From NCBI GenBank assembly GCA_043743535.1, contig JAYTWI010000009.1, forward strand, positions 67,407 through 131,406: a stretch of 64,000 bases of DNA, given 5' to 3'. The notes below the pieces were generated by a model. It saw nothing but the letters and a program-made list of their open reading frames with translations. It searched no databases and was not told where the DNA came from. Position numbers and translations under genes: made by a program. Of the stretch, positions 29,001-37,841 are shown in pieces. Every line of letters starts with the position of its first letter. The first letter of the stretch is position 1. The DNA comes from Candidatus Moraniibacteriota bacterium (GTDB taxonomy: Bacteria > Patescibacteriota > Minisyncoccia > Moranbacterales > UBA1568).

Positions 29001-30208
29001 CAATGCCGAGTGGGGCAGCTTCGGCTGCGATGGAGCAGGCCACTCCTCCTCAGGCTAATGCGGCGGCTTCAGCGGTAGCGGTAGCTGAGCGCATCGCTGC
29101 TCCAGTACCAGGTGTCGATACTACTCCTCCAGTAGGAGCGGCTGTGAAGATAGCGGCGGAGACAGCGGCCGCGATCCCGGGGAAAGATCTGTTGATCAAT
29201 TATTCGGTGACGCCAGCTGATGCGCGTAAGGGTTTGTGGGGCATATTGGAAAAGCGTTTGCCTGCTGATATGTCAGAAGCAGAGCGCCCACGCGCTATTC
29301 AGTCGCTCTCCAACGCTATTGCGCGAAAACTGCAGGAAATGGACCCGGAAGATTGGAAAAAAGTCGGTTTCCCTTCAGGTGAAGTCGGTGACATTCGCGC
29401 TGGGGGCACTATTGACTTTGCAAGATTGCTCAATCCAGATGATGTCCAAAAGGTACTCAATGGAAATTTCATTGCCGCGCCGCCAGAAATACCGTACCCT
29501 ACTTCTTCTATCGTAGAGCCGGCGGTTGATGTGGCTCTGACGGTTGGCGTCGATGCCAGTGGGCTAGCAAAACAAGTAGTACAAGAAGTGGTGAGTGACA
29601 AATTATCTGAAGTAGCGGCCGTAGCAGCAAAGATTCCTGATGTCTCCTCGGGTGAAAAGGCGGCTATCTTCAGTAGCTTTCAAGAACCGTCAGTACCACC
29701 AAAGGGCATGCCGATTGAGGGTGTTCACCCATCTACGGTTGTCACAACCTATGTGACGGAACGAGCCACGCTATTGCCTCGGGAGGGGATGATTCGTGCG
29801 CGCTATGGAGTGCGGGCGATACAGTATTTCCAGGAACATCCTGGAGAATGGGGAGGAGTGAGAGAATCCGCCACTAGGATGCGCGATAGCCTCTTCTTTG
29901 ATCCGAATGCTTCATATAATCCGGAGCGGTATGCCAGGTTAGGTCAGACGACGTTGTCATCGGTGCTGCGCGATGCCGAAGCCTTCAGACAGAATCCGCT
30001 TGCTAACTTCACTTATGATCGCACTACCGACCCACTGAGCATTCGTGCCATACGCCAGGTGAATGATTTTGTGGAAATTGCTAAGCGGACTTTTGGTGTG
30101 GAAGGGGCGATGGTTGCGGCAGGAGAATCGATTAACAACTATGTGCTTCGGATGACGATGAAAGGTGTGGCGGAGGGGCGACCTATCAGATTTTTTTATC
30201 GATCATAA
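26054..30208 (+). CDS. Giant hypothetical protein (1384 aa) with central Gly-zipper hydrophobic segment and Ala/Ser/Pro-rich repeat region
   Basis: ORF translationally coupled to the upstream gene. VLIGGVFIGGAFTLGSTGAAGAAIGGGALFL plus three PSGAAS-type repeats at ~28900-29040. Confidence 0.55.
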   Translation: MKNHTFEGHGEQNKTPEPMSERAAKLAALRERLSPIIADGMAVDLEVFDQKPTAEGGSESGAVESQVVEPAATSAVPEPASSPDQVLKPRRRAKARVEKGKKPRNPSASTASPGTSNVLVSATVEQPASFKESAPELLPEGGQLKFTDERGVDVIVEKQGGLYGVDDSKDFTGFIYNEDQIRTLIKGWTPLGESVLELAQETERQEQEKLYGEVERLLIQQQEQWLVRIEQITNTEEYNALVDEAVEIGRQYKPDHPGIMSFLLGEPFERLLAQYPQVSTQTKEKLYSQAHDLQGKINKASRKKASDLLIMRTEAPTAHSGASTSAHDAFPLVKTSDHGHGVSQNEIGEVTSGEARGERLERYRAQIAAGDFEEAVIINRDTPSVAGIVSPEAAADAGIDSSEPFETDFVPFADGERVSYLTLDEEEGSVEKRNGKYFIKTGDTMLDANDPGLSEVGMLAEAQKNKWRFQRELNGGAPGAVELPVFNDVIRNASIGGESNPATASPDAARAGERREQDYDTVREGDVWVLRDASGQELRRVTVNQFIKYSGTALQVNFSDSTKQLPPVEDDFGYLDVDLTRVDTEMVLDRFLQMLRADGFVLESAGTGAGTTEVAPIMGERRGMDAPDGRRAEVPVENPDVAVKIEEEHTVPTTLEEKIAQLRQEKDEFRYKFAESDFKNSTILGKLGSIFRELDKNKKDYDTDTWKRYYLGALEQLKDAELEQIKKSGLTGEILNDALAGMLEYYKINEPLGLIKARTRVRLETKIADKEWPEQIMDRMENIGREYNKLNWKTKVLIGGVFIGGAFTLGSTGAAGAAIGGGALFLRKIVTSIGGGLSLDATLEKVEDWFEKKSDTDNKEIKKQMARMDDIDDWDKFEGVNVLLDQEIASLDGKLQKHKSHATKRKLIAFGTSIGFSFGSYAFGHGAPSAGGGAARTTVAAAAAEAKRAAIPSGAAASGVARSIEQAASAPSGAASAGVGQAPMPSGAASAAMEQATPPQANAAASAVAVAERIAAPVPGVDTTPPVGAAVKIAAETAAAIPGKDLLINYSVTPADARKGLWGILEKRLPADMSEAERPRAIQSLSNAIARKLQEMDPEDWKKVGFPSGEVGDIRAGGTIDFARLLNPDDVQKVLNGNFIAAPPEIPYPTSSIVEPAVDVALTVGVDASGLAKQVVQEVVSDKLSEVAAVAAKIPDVSSGEKAAIFSSFQEPSVPPKGMPIEGVHPSTVVTTYVTERATLLPREGMIRARYGVRAIQYFQEHPGEWGGVRESATRMRDSLFFDPNASYNPERYARLGQTTLSSVLRDAEAFRQNPLANFTYDRTTDPLSIRAIRQVNDFVEIAKRTFGVEGAMVAAGESINNYVLRMTMKGVAEGRPIRFFYRS

Positions 30209-30231
30209 TTCACGGTTAACATATTTATACT

Positions 30232-30537
30232 ATGGCTCTCGATTATACAGCGCTGCGTGAAGAATTGATCACGTCTTTTCACTTGGAACAGGTGCCGAAA
30301 GAGCGGCAGGACGAACTTATCTCCAAGATGGGCGAGGCCCTTCTCAAAAGAATTTTTTTGGAGACGATGGAAAAGCTCGGTGACGATGGCGTGGTTGCGT
30401 ATGAGGCGCTCTTGGATAAGAAAGCTAAACAAGAAGAGATTGAAGCATTTTTCGAAAGCAAGATTCCGGGGTACAATGTCTTTATCAAAGGAGTGGTCGA
30501 GGACTTCAAAGAAGAAATGTCAAAGAATTTGGCCTAA
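30232..30537 (+). CDS. Hypothetical small acidic protein (101 aa)
   Basis: ORF only. Confidence 0.4.
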   Translation: MALDYTALREELITSFHLEQVPKERQDELISKMGEALLKRIFLETMEKLGDDGVVAYEALLDKKAKQEEIEAFFESKIPGYNVFIKGVVEDFKEEMSKNLA

Positions 30538-30540
30538 TCA

Positions 30541-30993
30541 TTGGTGTACTCATATATGCCTGAAGAAGAAATGGTGTTGCCATCCGAAAACAAGGCTGAG
30601 ACCGAACCTCTTTCTCCAGAAGCGGTGCCAGTCACAGCTGCAACCGAGGGTACATTTCGCCCGGAGGAACAGGCCTCCGCTCCTGAATCGGCGGCTGAAA
30701 AATCTGAGGGTACCTATCATGAGATTTTGTCCAAAGTTGCCAGTAATGCCTCTGTTGTTGCGCCTCAGGATGACAGTTCGATAGCTCTCGATACCAAGAG
30801 TATCAGTGAAACGACTGATGAAGAAAGTAGGATACAAAAGCTCCTCAATCTGGCTACCACCAAGGGAGTGGGGCATGCCGTCAAGGTAGCCCAGTCGCTC
30901 CGCGATTTTTATGCTCTCGATCGTATGCATGACGAACTCTCTGGCAAACTCTATGAGGGGCTGCTCAAACTCGGTCTGATCACCAAGGAATAA
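30541..30993 (+). CDS. Hypothetical protein (150 aa, possible start at 30556)
   Basis: ORF only. No hydrophobic segments. Confidence 0.35.
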   Translation: MVYSYMPEEEMVLPSENKAETEPLSPEAVPVTAATEGTFRPEEQASAPESAAEKSEGTYHEILSKVASNASVVAPQDDSSIALDTKSISETTDEESRIQKLLNLATTKGVGHAVKVAQSLRDFYALDRMHDELSGKLYEGLLKLGLITKE

Positions 30994-31015
30994 TAGGGGA
31001 GATATTTTTGGTTCT

Positions 31016-33517
31016 ATGCAAAACAGTTTTGATTTGAATACTCTGCTGGTGCCGTTGGTGTATCTCTTCGCTACCGCATCTTTGATGAGCGGCGTGTATT
31101 TGGTCGTCCGTAGCTTTTTACGTTTTCGATACCAGGTCAACCAGTCGCTCAATATGGATTTGGAGGTGATCAAGGTGATGCGTAAGAAGAGCCCAGAGGG
31201 ACAGCAGCAGGCGGCTGATGCTTGGCGTGAAGAAATTTTTGCCATGGAACAACTCCTTTCTTCCTTGGCGGTTTTGAAGCCAACTGGCAACTTTCTCAAG
31301 AAGCTTTTTTTCGAGCCGCCGAGCATCGTTTTCGAGATCACGAACCCTTCGTCGAGCGAAGAAATATTTTTTTACCTCTCTATCCCCAAGCGCCACCGCG
31401 AAAGCGCGGAGAAGCAGATCCACAGTTTCTTCCCGCATGCTGTTATCGAACAGATTCCTGATTACACGATCTTTTCCCCAGGCAGTTTTACGGCAGTGGC
31501 GCTTCTGGAATTGAAATCCACTCACGCCTTGCCGCTCCGTACTTACCGCACGCTTGATATCGATCCGCTCAATGAAATTTCCAATGCCCTGAGTAAATTG
31601 GAGACAGAGGCCGAGGGCGCTGCTATCCAGATATTGCTTTCTCATACTGATAGTCAGTGGCGTTCAGAAGGGCGCGTCTTGGCCCAAAAGATGCAGGAAG
31701 GGAAACGCTTGAAGGATGCGCAGGGGAGTGGCACGTTTGCCAAAGACGTAGGAAAAGGAGTGGGCAAAGAAATGGCCTCGATGCTGATGCGCACACCGAA
31801 TACTGGGAAGAGAACTGATGCAGAAGAAAAAAAGGTGGTATCACTGACCCCTGAAGAACAGGAGTTGGTGAAATCAATCGACAGCAAAGCGAGCAAAGCT
31901 GCTTTCCGAGTCAATATCCGGCTGTTGTCTTCAGCTGCTACACAGGAGCGAGCTGATGCTATCTTGGCTCATATGGAGAACGCTTTTGGGCAATTTGAAA
32001 ATCCTGAAGTGAATAGTTTTCGGGTCAAGAAACGTATCAAAGACAAGACGGCTGTTTATGACTATATCTTTCGCAATGTGGACGACGAGCAGGCAATGAT
32101 TTTGAACGTGGAGGAGTTGGCTAGTATTTTCCATTTTCCGATCTCTACCACCGAGACACCCAAGATCAAGTGGTTGAAAGCAGGAGCAGCTCCTCCACCG
32201 GTAAATATTCCGAAGGAAGGCATTCTCCTTGGTTACAATGATTATCGTGGCGTGAAGAGTGATATTCGTATCACTGATAATGACCGCCGCCGCCATATGT
32301 ATGTTATCGGGCAGACAGGTGTCGGTAAGTCCAATTACCTCCAGGAAATGGCCAAGAAGGACGCTCGGGCTGGCAAGGGCTTCTGTTTCATCGATCCGCA
32401 CGGCGATGCCATCGAGGATATTTTGACCGCCATCCCCAAAGAGCGAGCCGAAGATGTCATCATTTTCGATCCAGCTGATGTGGCGCGACCGATTGGTATC
32501 AATATGCTCGAATTCGATCCGGCTCATCCGGAACAAAAGACTTTCGTCATCAATGAAATGATTGGTATCTTCGACCAGCTCTACGATATGAAAGCCACCG
32601 GCGGTCCGATGTTCGAACAGTATATGCGAAACGCCATGCTCCTCATTATGGAGCACCCAGAGAGCGGTTCGACACTCATGGAAATTCCCAAAGTCTTGGC
32701 TGATGAAGAGTTCCGCCGCTACAAACTCTCCAAATGCACCAACCCCATCGTGCGCGACTTTTGGTTGAAGGAGGCAGAGAAAGCTGGGGGCGAGGCTTCG
32801 CTCGCCAATATGGTGCCGTACATCACGTCCAAACTCACCACTTTCATTAGTAACGACATGATGCGTCCTATTATCGCCCAGCAGAAGAGCACGCTTAATT
32901 TCCGTGAGATTATGGACGGGGGCAAGATTCTTCTCATCAATCTTTCCAAGGGCAAGATCGGTGAAATTAATGCTCGTTTGCTCGGTATGGTGATCGTCGG
33001 AAAAATCCTGATGGCCGGTCTATCGCGGGTGGATATCCCCGAGGCCGAGCGCAGAGATTTCTATCTCTACCTCGATGAATTTCAAAACGTTACTACAATT
33101 TCCATTGCTCAGATTCTCTCAGAGGCTCGCAAGTACAAGTTGGTGCTCATCTTGGCTCACCAGTTCATCGCCCAACTCAAGGAAGAAATTTCCAAGGCGG
33201 TCTTTGGCAACGTCGGCTCACTCACTGCTTTTCGGGTGGGACCGGAGGATGCTGATTTCCTGGAAAAGCAGTTTGCCCCGGTCTTTACGGCTAACGACTT
33301 GGTCAATGTCGATAATTATAACTGTTTCGTGCGTCTTCTTATGAATAACGAACTGACCAAGCCTTTCAATATGAAAACCTTTCCGCCCAGCCATGGTGAT
33401 CAGGAAGTGGCCAACGCCCTAAAAGAGCTCTCTCGCTTGCGCTACGGGCGCGATGCCTCGATCGTCAATCGAGAAATTATGTCTCGGATGCAACTAGCCG
33501 AAAAAGCAGTGGTCTAG
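31016..33517 (+). CDS. VirB4/TraC/CagE-like type IV secretion ATPase (FtsK-HerA superfamily)
   Basis: One N-terminal TM, a ~400 aa N-domain, then RRHMYVIGQTGVGKS Walker A, YLYLDEFQNV Walker B and RKYKLVLILAHQFIAQL, an R-finger/Q motif typical of VirB4/VirD4 ATPases. 833 aa fits VirB4 better than VirD4. Confidence 0.6.
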   Translation: MQNSFDLNTLLVPLVYLFATASLMSGVYLVVRSFLRFRYQVNQSLNMDLEVIKVMRKKSPEGQQQAADAWREEIFAMEQLLSSLAVLKPTGNFLKKLFFEPPSIVFEITNPSSSEEIFFYLSIPKRHRESAEKQIHSFFPHAVIEQIPDYTIFSPGSFTAVALLELKSTHALPLRTYRTLDIDPLNEISNALSKLETEAEGAAIQILLSHTDSQWRSEGRVLAQKMQEGKRLKDAQGSGTFAKDVGKGVGKEMASMLMRTPNTGKRTDAEEKKVVSLTPEEQELVKSIDSKASKAAFRVNIRLLSSAATQERADAILAHMENAFGQFENPEVNSFRVKKRIKDKTAVYDYIFRNVDDEQAMILNVEELASIFHFPISTTETPKIKWLKAGAAPPPVNIPKEGILLGYNDYRGVKSDIRITDNDRRRHMYVIGQTGVGKSNYLQEMAKKDARAGKGFCFIDPHGDAIEDILTAIPKERAEDVIIFDPADVARPIGINMLEFDPAHPEQKTFVINEMIGIFDQLYDMKATGGPMFEQYMRNAMLLIMEHPESGSTLMEIPKVLADEEFRRYKLSKCTNPIVRDFWLKEAEKAGGEASLANMVPYITSKLTTFISNDMMRPIIAQQKSTLNFREIMDGGKILLINLSKGKIGEINARLLGMVIVGKILMAGLSRVDIPEAERRDFYLYLDEFQNVTTISIAQILSEARKYKLVLILAHQFIAQLKEEISKAVFGNVGSLTAFRVGPEDADFLEKQFAPVFTANDLVNVDNYNCFVRLLMNNELTKPFNMKTFPPSHGDQEVANALKELSRLRYGRDASIVNREIMSRMQLAEKAVV

Positions 33518-33591
33518 GGAAGAAAATGGACTGCGAAACGAAAGTTTGCTTGCGTTTCTGAGCAGAGAGATTGCTTTTTGGTAAATACTTT

Positions 33592-35952
33592 TTATTTCAG
33601 CTTGAAGGAGAAGAGCTCATGGTCAGTTGTCAAGAAAACTTCATTCCCTGATTCATTGACCGTGAAGGCAGTGGCAGTAGCCAATTTTTCATGGAAATAC
33701 TGAGTGACGATTTGACCCGCTTGATCCCAGGAAAGCAGTCGCTTGTTGTTTTGGTCGAGAGCATAGATATTTGCTAAACCCGAATGGGTGTAGAGGGCGG
33801 TGAGCGAAAGCATAGCTGTGGGGGATTCGAGGGTGTTTTGTCTGTGGCCACGAAAGAATCCATCGATGACAGGTAGTTCAGGTGCCGAAAGGTAGATGGT
33901 GTCACTCACTGTCATTTTGGTGTTATCAGTTATGGCTACGGTATTTTTCAGCCACTTGGTGCCTTCGCCGAAGCCACCCTCTGCCCGCGGAAAGCGATAA
34001 ATTTGATCAGTACTGTCGTCGAGCACGTAGAGATAGGTGAGGTAGGCACCGATGCTTCGTACCCGCACCCCTGCTGGAAGGTTGAGATTGTTTTCGACAA
34101 AGGAGTGATTGATAGGACTAAAGGCAAAGAGACGTTTGTTTTCAGTGTAGATGAAGAGGAGATGCAAATCATCCATAACGGCTACCTGGGTAGCAGAATT
34201 ATTTTCCGGCAGCGGAAAAGTCTGATTGTTCTCGATTTCGATAATGCTTTTCTTTGTCACCAAGTATGGGGCATTCGCTAAGATGACTGGCGTGACGATA
34301 TTTTCTTCTGTAGTGGTGATATGAAGGACATCACCCACGATTTGGGCATTTTTTTCGTTGTTCGGGGCTATGACGGTGACCGCTACTGTTTCTGTGTTTA
34401 CTTGCTGCACTGGTTGTTTGTTTACGGTTTCCTTACTGGTCTGTGATTTTCCAGAAAAATAAAAAATGACGAAGGCGAGAAGGATGAACACGCCGAGGCT
34501 GCCGAAGAACGTTTTGAGGAGGATAAGAAAGCGCGAAGGAGCTTTCTCCTGGACCTGTCTATTTTGGTAGAAACGGGCTATTTTCTCTTTGATAAAGGAG
34601 GGGATTTCTTCTTCTGGCTCAAAAGCGATTTCTTTTGTCGTGGCTAAAGTGCTACTTGTTAGCTTTACTGTTTGCTCTTTAGTTATTGTGGTGGGCAATC
34701 CTGCACGAGAAATTTCGTCGATAATAAGTGCTTGCTCCGGAATAACAGGAGGCACTATTTTTGATGTGATTGCTAATACTTTCGCTTGTTTCAGGGATCT
34801 TTTCTCAGCTGCTTTCGCCACAACATGTTTCCAGAAACGTTTTACTACACGCACCGATTTGCGAGCGACGGTGCGGCCGCTTTGCCCCAATGCTAGGAGA
34901 GTGAGACTCATTTGCTTTCTCTCTTTACGCCACCACTTGTCTTGGGCAGTGGCTATGGTACGGAGGAAGTGACCTGTTTCCAAGAGGCCGAGCTTAAAGT
35001 GTTCAAAAAAAGGATGGGCACCTGGTGTTTGTGGTGTGTCGCCCTGGACATAAATATGACCAGTTTTCGAGTCGATGTATTCTGGGAGGGGGGATTCTTT
35101 TGCTTCGACTTGCTTAGTTGTTTCTTCCTGGCTGTCTAGGCGTGATTTCGGTGAAAAGGCTGATTGGCTAAAAACGTTACTCACTATGGCATTCATTGAT
35201 TCTTCGGATTTTTTTGTGGGCTTCTTTTCTGGTAGCTGAGCACTACCTTCTTTGAGGTCAATGACTAGAGTGCCGGACATATCGAGCTCATTGACGAGGG
35301 CAGTCTTTAGGAACTGGGCGAAACGCTCGCGGCCGATGCGCTGGGCGTTTTTTTCCAAATTGGTTAAAGAAAAGAGAGCAAAAAGTTCTGGTGAACTTAA
35401 AAGCACCTGATCCTCAGCATTTAATCGGCCGCTCGAAACTTCGACAAAGGTCTTGATGGGATGCTGCGAAGATTCATCTGAGGCGAGACCTTCGCTAATA
35501 TCAGCCATCGTGCCATTGCGAAAAAGGATGATGCGAGCGTGGCCAGTAACGGAAAAATGAAGATTATTTTTTTCGAGTACCCCTAATGCGCCGTGGAATT
35601 TTCCGAGCCAGGCGATGTTGCCATGCTTCACCAGTTCGGTTAGTGCCAAATTGATTTTGTGGAGAGCTGCTTCAAAGCTTTCGATGGCTCCGCGATGGGA
35701 GTTGCTAAAATATTCTTTTTTAGCTACGGAGGCGAGGAAATTAACGATGTAGGCCGAGTCATCACTCTTTTCATCCACCTCGAAAACGCCGAGGAGCGTT
35801 CCTAGTCCTTGTTTGGAAATATTTTCGCCGGTAACGCTAAAGGTCCGTATAAATGGCTCTACGGAACGCCCATTCGTGACAAGGATCTCTGTCACCACCT
35901 TCTCCAATTCCGGCAGGGGTTTTATTTTTTCTTGATTTTTTCTTTCGGACAT
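33592..35952 (-). CDS. Membrane protein: N-terminal cytoplasmic PP2C-like (possibly catalytically degenerate) domain, one TM, C-terminal extracytoplasmic domain
   Basis: LGVFEV..., FHGALGVLEKNNLHFSVTGHARIILFRNG and MSGTLVIDL resemble PP2C motifs, but the DGHGG metal motif is absent. TM at FLILLKTFFGSLGVFILLAFVIFYF. Confidence 0.4.
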   Translation of the reverse strand: MSERKNQEKIKPLPELEKVVTEILVTNGRSVEPFIRTFSVTGENISKQGLGTLLGVFEVDEKSDDSAYIVNFLASVAKKEYFSNSHRGAIESFEAALHKINLALTELVKHGNIAWLGKFHGALGVLEKNNLHFSVTGHARIILFRNGTMADISEGLASDESSQHPIKTFVEVSSGRLNAEDQVLLSSPELFALFSLTNLEKNAQRIGRERFAQFLKTALVNELDMSGTLVIDLKEGSAQLPEKKPTKKSEESMNAIVSNVFSQSAFSPKSRLDSQEETTKQVEAKESPLPEYIDSKTGHIYVQGDTPQTPGAHPFFEHFKLGLLETGHFLRTIATAQDKWWRKERKQMSLTLLALGQSGRTVARKSVRVVKRFWKHVVAKAAEKRSLKQAKVLAITSKIVPPVIPEQALIIDEISRAGLPTTITKEQTVKLTSSTLATTKEIAFEPEEEIPSFIKEKIARFYQNRQVQEKAPSRFLILLKTFFGSLGVFILLAFVIFYFSGKSQTSKETVNKQPVQQVNTETVAVTVIAPNNEKNAQIVGDVLHITTTEENIVTPVILANAPYLVTKKSIIEIENNQTFPLPENNSATQVAVMDDLHLLFIYTENKRLFAFSPINHSFVENNLNLPAGVRVRSIGAYLTYLYVLDDSTDQIYRFPRAEGGFGEGTKWLKNTVAITDNTKMTVSDTIYLSAPELPVIDGFFRGHRQNTLESPTAMLSLTALYTHSGLANIYALDQNNKRLLSWDQAGQIVTQYFHEKLATATAFTVNESGNEVFLTTDHELFSFKLK

Positions 35953-36104
35953 ACTTTCTTGTAGTATACCACATATGGGGCTATATTGGAGAGTTTTTTC
36001 CTTTATTAGAGAGGGAAAAGCAACTTTTGACTTTTCCGGGCATCTTTTCTATACTGCGGATGAGGCTGATTGTCCGATTTCTTTCTTTCTAATGCCTGTA
36101 TTGT

Positions 36105-36710
36105 ATGTCACTTGTTCTCTTTGACGCGTTATTCGGATCGAAAGCACGTGCCCGGCTCATCCGTTTCTTTTTGCTCAATCCTGGAGTGGAATTTGGTACG
36201 GCAGAAGTATCTGAAAAGACGATGATCCCCCGAGCGGAAGCGACGCGGGAATTGACACGTTTAGCCAAGATGAAGCTGATTGTCGAACGGACACGCAAGG
36301 GTCACCGTTGTTTCGTCGTCAATGAAGCCTTCCCTTTTTATACGGAACTCAAAAGCTTGGTTTCCAAACTCAATGTTCACGCCCAATCACAGGTCTTCCG
36401 CAAAATTAAAATTATTGGCGAGGTCAAACTGATCCTCATCAGTGGTCTTTTCCTCAATTATCCCAAGAGTAAAGTAGATATGGTGCTCGTGGTCAATAAC
36501 GTCAACCGCACTAAGTTGAAGCATGCCATAGCGCATTTGGAGGCTGAGGTGGGGAAGGAGATTCGTTTTGTCCTTATGAATAGCGAAGAACTGCACTACA
36601 GGCTCAATATGCTTGATCGTTTTTTCATCGAGTTTTTGGAAGCTCCCTATGAAGAAGTGACCAACAAAGTCCCTGAACTGAAGCGGTTCATCGCTGGGCT
36701 GAAGAAATAG
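36105..36710 (+). CDS. Hypothetical protein with N-terminal winged-helix-like region and C-terminal minimal nucleotidyltransferase-like region
   Basis: ARARLIRFFLLNP...AEVSEKTMIPRAEATRELTRL resembles a wHTH. GEVKLILISG...DMVLVV resembles a NTase core. Weak call. Confidence 0.4.
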   Translation: MSLVLFDALFGSKARARLIRFFLLNPGVEFGTAEVSEKTMIPRAEATRELTRLAKMKLIVERTRKGHRCFVVNEAFPFYTELKSLVSKLNVHAQSQVFRKIKIIGEVKLILISGLFLNYPKSKVDMVLVVNNVNRTKLKHAIAHLEAEVGKEIRFVLMNSEELHYRLNMLDRFFIEFLEAPYEEVTNKVPELKRFIAGLKK

Positions 36711-36733
36711 TGTTTTAAAGATAACAGAAAAAT

Positions 36734-37834
36734 ATGCCGCTTTCAGAGTTGCTTATTATCGGAGCGCTTGTAACCGGCCTCTTTTTATGGCTCTCATTTT
36801 TCGTGCGTCGCCAGTCAGGACTATCTCTTCAAGGGAACACCGAATTCCTCACTCAGATGACGTCTATCGAACGTCGCTCCGATGAACGAATGCAGTTCAT
36901 CACTCAGACCCTCAATCAGCAGTTGGGGAGCTTCCAAACGACGCTCGATCGACGGCTTGATGACAACAGCAAGCGTTTGGACGAGCGTCTGGATGTGGCT
37001 TCCCGTTCATATACCGATGTTCAGAAGAGTTTGGAGCAAATGCGTCAGTCAAGTGACCGTATCCTCGAGGTAGGGAAAGAAGTGGCCTCGCTCCAAGAAA
37101 TTCTTAAGGCGCCTAAGATTCGAGGAGGTTTTGGGGAGCTTATGCTCAAAGACTTGATGACACAGATGTTACCCAAAGAGCATTTTTTTCTGCAGCATGC
37201 TTTCAAGAGTGGGGAAGTGGTAGACGCACTGATCAAACTCAAAGGAGGGTCTATCAGTGTCGATTCTAAATTCCCGTTGGAAAATTTTAAGAAAGTGATG
37301 ATCGCCAAGAGCGACGAGGAACGCAAAGTGGCTCGCCGGCAGTTTTATACAGACGTCAAAAAGCACGTGGACGCCATCGCCGCCAAATACATCGTTCCGG
37401 AAGAGGGGACTCTTGATTTTGCCCTGATGTATATCCCGGCCGAAAACGTTTATTACGAGATCATTATCAAGGATGATGATGAACAGGGATTGCTCGATTA
37501 TTTGACTTCCCGACGGGTCATTCCGGTTAGTCCGAATTCCTTCTATGCCTATATGCGGACGATCCTCTTCGGGCTACAGGGCCTGCAGATTGAGAAACGG
37601 GCGAAGGAAATTATGGGCCAGCTCGAGAAGCTCGCGCGGGTGCACGAGCGTTTTGAAAAGGAGTTTGATGTGTTAGGCAGTCATTTGGGGAATGCTCACA
37701 AGAAATACGAGGATGCGGAGAAATTTTTGAATAAATTAAGCGATCAGCTAGAGCATGCGCGAGTTGGTACCAGTCATGATGAACTAGATGCCTCGCCGCT
37801 TCCAGAAGCGGTTGATGTTCCTAAACTTCCTTAA
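36734..37834 (+). CDS. rmuC: DNA recombination protein RmuC
   Basis: N-terminal TM, long coiled-coil, DFALMYIPAENVYYEII C-terminal RmuC signature. Confidence 0.8.
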   Translation: MPLSELLIIGALVTGLFLWLSFFVRRQSGLSLQGNTEFLTQMTSIERRSDERMQFITQTLNQQLGSFQTTLDRRLDDNSKRLDERLDVASRSYTDVQKSLEQMRQSSDRILEVGKEVASLQEILKAPKIRGGFGELMLKDLMTQMLPKEHFFLQHAFKSGEVVDALIKLKGGSISVDSKFPLENFKKVMIAKSDEERKVARRQFYTDVKKHVDAIAAKYIVPEEGTLDFALMYIPAENVYYEIIIKDDDEQGLLDYLTSRRVIPVSPNSFYAYMRTILFGLQGLQIEKRAKEIMGQLEKLARVHERFEKEFDVLGSHLGNAHKKYEDAEKFLNKLSDQLEHARVGTSHDELDASPLPEAVDVPKLP

Positions 37835-37841
37835 TACTATG

